Assembly (NCBI GenBank): GCA_963788655.1
Contig: CAWBHS010000023.1
Coordinates: 19,053-83,052 of the forward strand
Reading direction: 5' to 3'
Source: an uncultured Verrucomicrobiae bacterium
GTDB taxonomy: Bacteria > Verrucomicrobiota > Verrucomicrobiia > Limisphaerales > JAFGQR01
Length of the DNA stretch: 64,000 bases
Part shown: one piece after another, positions 56,534-64,000 of the stretch
How positions within the stretch are numbered: position 1 is the stretch's first letter
Layout: every line of letters begins with the position of its first letter
Program-made: the position numbers and the translations under genes
The notes under the pieces: model-generated
Databases searched by the model: none
What the model was told of the DNA's origin: nothing
What the model saw: only the letters and a program-made list of their open reading frames with translations

Positions 56534-57119
56534 ATGCCCGTCACCTTTGCTGTGCGCCATAGCGCCCGGGGACTCCCCGTCGCGTTGCGTCGGTTGGGGC
56601 TCAGGCCCAGCACGCCAATTGCTGGTGGTTTCAGTTGCCCGACAGCGAATGTGGCTTTGCGAAGCGTCACCAACTTGCGACCAGGTCCCGGCCGGTACTT
56701 TGCCGGAAATTCGCATCCTCAAATCGTATCTCATATCCACTTCGGCTTGGGGAATGGGACAAACGGAGGGTTCGTATCGAACACCTTTGGGCCTGCACCG
56801 CATCGCCCAGAAGATCGGCGCCGGCCAACTGATTGGCACCGTTTTCCGCGGACGGAAGCCCATCGGTCGGACTTGGCAGGGTATGGCCAACGCCACCATT
56901 ACGGATCGCATTTTCTGGTTGGAAGGACTGGAACCAGGTTTCAATCGCGGCGGGAGCGTGGACAGCTTCCGGCGCTTTATCTATGTCCATGGGCTGGCTG
57001 ACGAAACCACGCTGGGGCGTCCCTGCTCGCACGGTTGCATTCATCTCGCCGGGGCGGATTTGATTCCGCTCTACGATCTCCTGCCCGAAGGCACGCAGGT
57101 GTGGATAGCCGCCCAATGA
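56534..57119 (+). CDS. L,D-transpeptidase (YkuD) family protein (probable frameshift ~56608)
   Basis: YLISTS, TPLGLH and IYVHG...SHGCI catalytic motif. Confidence 0.85.
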
Positions 57120-57139
57120 TCAATTCATGGCGAGACTCC

Positions 57140-57311
57140 GGTAGGGCGAGACTCCGTCGAGCCCTGACTTCCCTGGAAAGCGCTCGCCAAACCAACACCG
57201 ACCAAAGGCAAATCCCGGGCGTTCGAAATGCCGAAGGCTTCCCGCGATTTCGGCTTGTCGTATTCGGAAACGCCACGGAGAAATCAGGGCTCGACGGAGT
57301 CTCGCCCTACC
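57140..57311. repeat. REPIN, GGTAGGGCGAGACTCC family
   Basis: ggtagggcgagactccgtcgagccctga ... tcagggctcgacggagtctcgccctacc. Confidence 0.9.
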
Positions 57312-57462
57312 TTTGAGCTCAACGGCGGGACGGGGCCGCCGCCAAAATATTAGTTGCTGCCAACGGCTTGATCGGCAAGCTTCTTCCTGCGCGGAATTAG
57401 CGGGTCCGCTAAGCCGCGAAATTACCGTTTTCAATAACGGGGGTTCAGCTTAGCCTTATTAC

Positions 57463-58749
57463 ATGACGTTGACGGAACAAATGACTCAACTGGCCCGGCA
57501 GGCTAAAGCCGCCTCGCGGGAGTTGGCCAAATTGACCACGGCAGAGAAGAATGCGTGTCTTCAGGCCATGGCCGATGCGCTGGAGTCCCGCGGCACGCAA
57601 CTCAAGGAAGCCAATGCCCGTGACATGGAAACCGGAGTGGGTATGGGCTTGTCCGCCGCCATGCTCGACCGGTTGAAGCTCGACGACAAACGCATCGCTG
57701 GCATGGCCAGGGGATTGCGCGAAGTGGCGGCCCTGCCTGATCCCGTGGGCCGGATTTTGGACGAGCGCACCCGTCCCAACGGTTTGCGTCTGCAAAAAGT
57801 CACCACGCCCATTGGAGTGGTCGTCATCATTTATGAATCCCGCCCCAATGTTACTGCCGACGCTGCCAGTCTCTGTTTCAAGTCCGGCAACGCCACCATT
57901 CTGCGCGGCGGCAAAGAGGCCTTGAACTCCAACCAACTGATTGCCGCCACCATGGTGGAAGCGGCGCGGCAAACCCTGCCGACGTTTCCCGTCCACGCCA
58001 TCCAAGTGGTGCCGACCACCGACCGGCAGGCCATTCCCGAGTTGCTGGCGCTGACGCACTACATTGATTTGTGCATGCCGCGCGGCGGGGAGGGCCTGAT
58101 CCGCGCCGTGGCCGAATGCTCGAAGGTGCCGGTCATCAAACATTACAAAGGCGTCTGCCATCTCTTCGTGGACCGTGACGCGGACCTGGGCATGGCTGAA
58201 AGCATCGTTGTGAATGCCAAATGCCAGCGCCCGGGCGTCTGCAATGCGATGGAGACGCTCCTGGTGGACCGGCAAATCGCACCGACGTTTCTGCCGCAAG
58301 TGGCCGCCAAGCTGGGCGAGCATCACGTCGAGTTGCGCGCGGATGCGGACGCGCGGGGCATTCTTCAGTCCGCGTTTCTCCAGCCCTCCTTCACCATCAA
58401 AGAAGCGACGGACCAAGACTACTTCACCGAGTACAACGACTATGTGTTGAACGTTCGTTTGGTGGCGGACGTGCAGCAGGCCGTTGATCACATCGCGCAA
58501 TACGGTTCGGCGCACTCGGACGCGATCGTGACCGCGAACGAAACCACGGCGAAACGATTCTTGAACGAAGTGGATTCGGCCGCGGTGTATTGGAATGCTT
58601 CGACTCGGTTTACCGATGGCGGCCAGTTCGGCATGGGCGCCGAGATTGGCATCAGCACCGATAAAATCGGCGCCCGTGGCCCCATGGGCTTGGATGAACT
58701 CACCAGTTACAAATGGCTCGGCCTCGGCACGGGTCAGATTCGCACTTAA
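57463..58749 (+). CDS. proA: Gamma-glutamyl phosphate reductase
   Basis: IIYESRPNVT, PRGGEGLI, CNAMETLL and NASTRFTDG...GAEIGIST...ARGPMGL motifs. Confidence 0.97.
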   Translation: MTLTEQMTQLARQAKAASRELAKLTTAEKNACLQAMADALESRGTQLKEANARDMETGVGMGLSAAMLDRLKLDDKRIAGMARGLREVAALPDPVGRILDERTRPNGLRLQKVTTPIGVVVIIYESRPNVTADAASLCFKSGNATILRGGKEALNSNQLIAATMVEAARQTLPTFPVHAIQVVPTTDRQAIPELLALTHYIDLCMPRGGEGLIRAVAECSKVPVIKHYKGVCHLFVDRDADLGMAESIVVNAKCQRPGVCNAMETLLVDRQIAPTFLPQVAAKLGEHHVELRADADARGILQSAFLQPSFTIKEATDQDYFTEYNDYVLNVRLVADVQQAVDHIAQYGSAHSDAIVTANETTAKRFLNEVDSAAVYWNASTRFTDGGQFGMGAEIGISTDKIGARGPMGLDELTSYKWLGLGTGQIRT

Positions 58750-58764
58750 CCCAATCAATCGCTT

Positions 58765-59205
58765 ATGAAATCTGCATGGTTCCTTCTGTTGTTCTTGGTC
58801 AGTGGCTTGGTCTGCATCGCGGAAAACTTCCGGTGTTGCCCGCCGTGGCAAGTGGCGGTGGTTAACCAGGAAGGCAAGCCCCTGGCCGATTGCACCGTGA
58901 TTCAAGAATGGGGATACAACTTTGGTGACCTCGCCACGAACTTCACTGCCACCGTCACCACCGACGCCAAGGGCCATGCCCTGTTGCCGGGGCGCTGGCT
59001 GTCGCGCACGGGCGGATCACCTTTGAAGAAACTGGCCAATGATCTGAGTCTCCGTCCAGATGTGGGACCGTGGGCCAGTCTGTTCGTTTGGAAGCAGGGC
59101 TACGACCACCAGATGATCATGCTGAAGAACGATTCGCGCGTGCTCTACACCACCAATGGTGTCTATAGCCGAATCGTGCTGTCGCCGGCGGAAGGAAGCA
59201 AGTAG
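58765..59205 (+). CDS. Small exported protein, carboxypeptidase-regulatory-like/transthyretin-like fold
   Basis: Signal peptide; VVNQEGKPLA, TTDAKG and KQGY motifs. Confidence 0.65.
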   Translation: MKSAWFLLLFLVSGLVCIAENFRCCPPWQVAVVNQEGKPLADCTVIQEWGYNFGDLATNFTATVTTDAKGHALLPGRWLSRTGGSPLKKLANDLSLRPDVGPWASLFVWKQGYDHQMIMLKNDSRVLYTTNGVYSRIVLSPAEGSK

Positions 59206-59299
59206 GCCACGAGTTCGCCCGCTGATCCCTGCGCCGCCCGGCCGTCAGCACGACGGCAGACTTCAACTTTGTAACGTGGCCAAATCTCATTTCAATCCC

Positions 59300-59470
59300 G
59301 GTAGGGCGAGACTCCGTCGAGCCCTGACTTCCCCGCATGGCTGCCGAATACTACAAGCCGAAACCGTGGGAAACCTTCGGCGTTTGAACATCAAAAATTT
59401 CCCCTTTGCTCGGCTTATCTTTGAGGGGCGCACTCAGGGAATTCAGGGCTCGACGGAGTCTCGCCCAACC
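59300..59470. repeat. REPIN, GGTAGGGCGAGACTCC family (inverted orientation)
   Basis: Same terminal REPs; the interior is the reverse complement of the 56062 copy. Confidence 0.9.
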
Positions 59471-59488
59471 AACGAACAGGTGAGCTAA

Positions 59489-60877
59489 ATGGACTTAGCC
59501 GTTAACCAGGCTCGTGCTATTCGGGACCGTCTTCCGGCTCAAGGCTTGTTTGCCAATCAGGAGTGGCGCACGTCCCCGACACCCTTTCCACTCGAAGCCG
59601 AGGTCGTCCAAGAATTGGAAAGCCTTGGACGGGTCCTGCTCCAATTCTACCGCGCGGTGAATTTGCTTTACCGGAAGAGCACCGAAGGCAAGCAGCCGCG
59701 TTGGATTGCTGAATGGTTGGATCGTGGTAAGCCCGCGAAGTTGCTCGGCTGGCAACGCCACCGCGCCTTCAAGAACGAGCTACCCCGCGTCATCCGACCC
59801 GACGTGCTCTTGACCGAAAACGGTTTGAACATTGTAGAACTCGATAGCGTCCCCGGCGGCATCGGGCTGACTTCGTGGTTGAACCGGGTGTATTCGGAGG
59901 ACGGAGGACGGAAGACTGAGGACAGTGATCAGAAGTCAGCGGTCAGAAGTCAGCGGTCAGAGAACGGAGACCGGCTGTCAGCGGTCAGGGTACTGGGGGG
60001 AGCGGAGGGGATGCTACAGGGATTTGCGAGCATCTTTGGTGACGCGCCGCGGGTGCATATCATCGTCTCCGAAGAAGCCGCGACATACCGGCCGGAAATG
60101 GCATGGCTGGCGGAGCAGTTGGGCAATTCACGCTTCACGGTTCAGGATGCGGATTTTGACGCCGTGCAGGAAGGTGACGCGGTTTATCGCTTCTTCGAAT
60201 TGTTCGATCTGGCCAATATTCCCGCCGCGGAACGCCTGTTTACTTTGGCTTCGGAAAAGCGCATCCGCCTGACTCCGCCGCCCAAACCGGTGCTCGAGGA
60301 AAAGATGTGGTTCGCACTGCTATGGAATCGAAACCTGCAGGGGTATTGGCGCGCGGAATTGGGCGAATCATTTTTCGATCGGCTACGCAACCTGGTGCCG
60401 TATTCGTGGATCATTGATCCGGTGCCGCTGCCGCCTCAGGCGGCGATCCCGGAACTCGATCTCACCGATTGGCACCAGCTTAAAACGCTGTCGCACCGCG
60501 AGCGGGAGTTGATTCTCAAGATTTCCGGTTTCTCGGAACTGGCCTGGGGCGCCCGCAGTGTGGCGCTGGGCAGCGATCTTTCGCTGGCCGATTGGAGCGC
60601 CGCCGTGGACACCGCCATCCGCAACGCCGAACGTTCGCCGTATGTGTTACAGCGTTACTACAAACCCCGCCTCGTGGAAGCCAGCTACGTGGACTTCGAG
60701 GCGAACGCACTTCGGCCCATGCCGGGACGGGTGCGGCTTTGTCCATACTACTTTGTCACCGGCGAAAGTAGCGGCGCGCGAGCCCAACTTGGCGGCGTGC
60801 TGGCGACGATTTGCCCGGCTGACAAAAAGATCATCCACGGCATGAAGGACGCCATTCTGGCGCCGTGCTCCGGTTAA
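59489..60877 (+). CDS. Uncharacterised ATP-grasp-like protein (glutathionylspermidine synthase / circularly permuted type)
   Basis: IRPDVLL...VELDSVPGGIG, EEK, LILKISG...WGARSV, YVLQRY and RVRLCPY motifs. Confidence 0.65.
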   Translation: MDLAVNQARAIRDRLPAQGLFANQEWRTSPTPFPLEAEVVQELESLGRVLLQFYRAVNLLYRKSTEGKQPRWIAEWLDRGKPAKLLGWQRHRAFKNELPRVIRPDVLLTENGLNIVELDSVPGGIGLTSWLNRVYSEDGGRKTEDSDQKSAVRSQRSENGDRLSAVRVLGGAEGMLQGFASIFGDAPRVHIIVSEEAATYRPEMAWLAEQLGNSRFTVQDADFDAVQEGDAVYRFFELFDLANIPAAERLFTLASEKRIRLTPPPKPVLEEKMWFALLWNRNLQGYWRAELGESFFDRLRNLVPYSWIIDPVPLPPQAAIPELDLTDWHQLKTLSHRERELILKISGFSELAWGARSVALGSDLSLADWSAAVDTAIRNAERSPYVLQRYYKPRLVEASYVDFEANALRPMPGRVRLCPYYFVTGESSGARAQLGGVLATICPADKKIIHGMKDAILAPCSG

Positions 60878-60973
60878 CGAAACCTCGCTTGCCGACCGCG
60901 CGACATTGGAAGCAAACCGCCGCCCGATGGAACTGCTCGAGCTCATCCTGCTGGCGTTCAGTTCTTCGTAAAT

Positions 60974-61110
60974 CCTCCCCAAGAACCGTGTGGCAGCGGA
61001 TGTGAGTCCGCTTCATCTGATTTCGAAAAGGGTCAGAGCGGACTCACGTCCGCTGCTACAATGGGTCAGGGGGGGCAATGCGCGAACAGCTTCGGGGAAC
61101 TCTCTCCCGG
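60974..61110. repeat. REP-type palindromic element (GTAGCAGCGGACGTGAGTCCGC family), copy 2
   Basis: Homologous to 15511-15649. Confidence 0.85.
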
Positions 61111-61133
61111 ACTGAAAGTCATTCCGAAATAGC

Positions 61134-63792
<2,659 letters not shown>

Positions 63793-63872
63793 CCACTCAA
63801 GTTTGCTCTACGTTGGCACAACGTAGTGGTCCCGGCCGTGATTACAATGCTGGATCCAGCGTGCTAACGTGC

Positions 63873-63899
63873 TAACGTGCTGCCGGCAGTTTGGAACGG
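63873..63899. repeat. Partial copy of the CTGCCGGCAG REP family
   Basis: aacgtgctgccggcagtttggaacgg matches the start of the 46598-47397 unit with an internal deletion. Confidence 0.6.
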
Positions 63900-64000
63900 A
63901 GCGTTCGCAAAATGCCAACTGCCCAACGGCCCAAGGTGACTGCCAACGTCGCGCAAACGTTTGGAGAGTGTGGTGTTTGAGCCCGCTGCTGTTGAACCGT

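Overview
GC-rich bacterial DNA; gene and repeat content suggests Verrucomicrobiota, probably Pedosphaerales/Limisphaerales (inference). Many genes carry single-base frameshifts, most likely long-read assembly errors. The first 15.8 kb is the 3' part of one giant (>5,000 aa in the window) secreted protein. It has four ~0.8-1.06 kaa supermodules of Ig-like, LamG, right-handed beta-helix and PA14 domains, then a Planctomycete-style Ig + dockerin end. Its stop overlaps (ATGA) the start of a small secreted cohesin-like protein whose frameshift-hidden C-terminus is a '...FYRV' putative sorting/anchor domain. This candidate cohesin-dockerin surface display system is the most striking finding. The rest holds a truncated selA relic, glycoside hydrolases, a REC-MBL fusion, a lipoprotein thioredoxin, leuC, an O-antigen-ligase/TPR gene, a FecR + CHASE2 adenylate cyclase pair, hpnH/hpnJ, gap, an ECF sigma/anti-sigma pair, a GC-rich KaiC-like ATPase + hybrid kinase cassette, proA and a U32 family gene. 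Several REP/REPIN families are present, including a ~193-bp MITE-like family with TNA target duplications and interchangeable internal hairpins. No rRNA, tRNA, CRISPR array or transposase was recognised.
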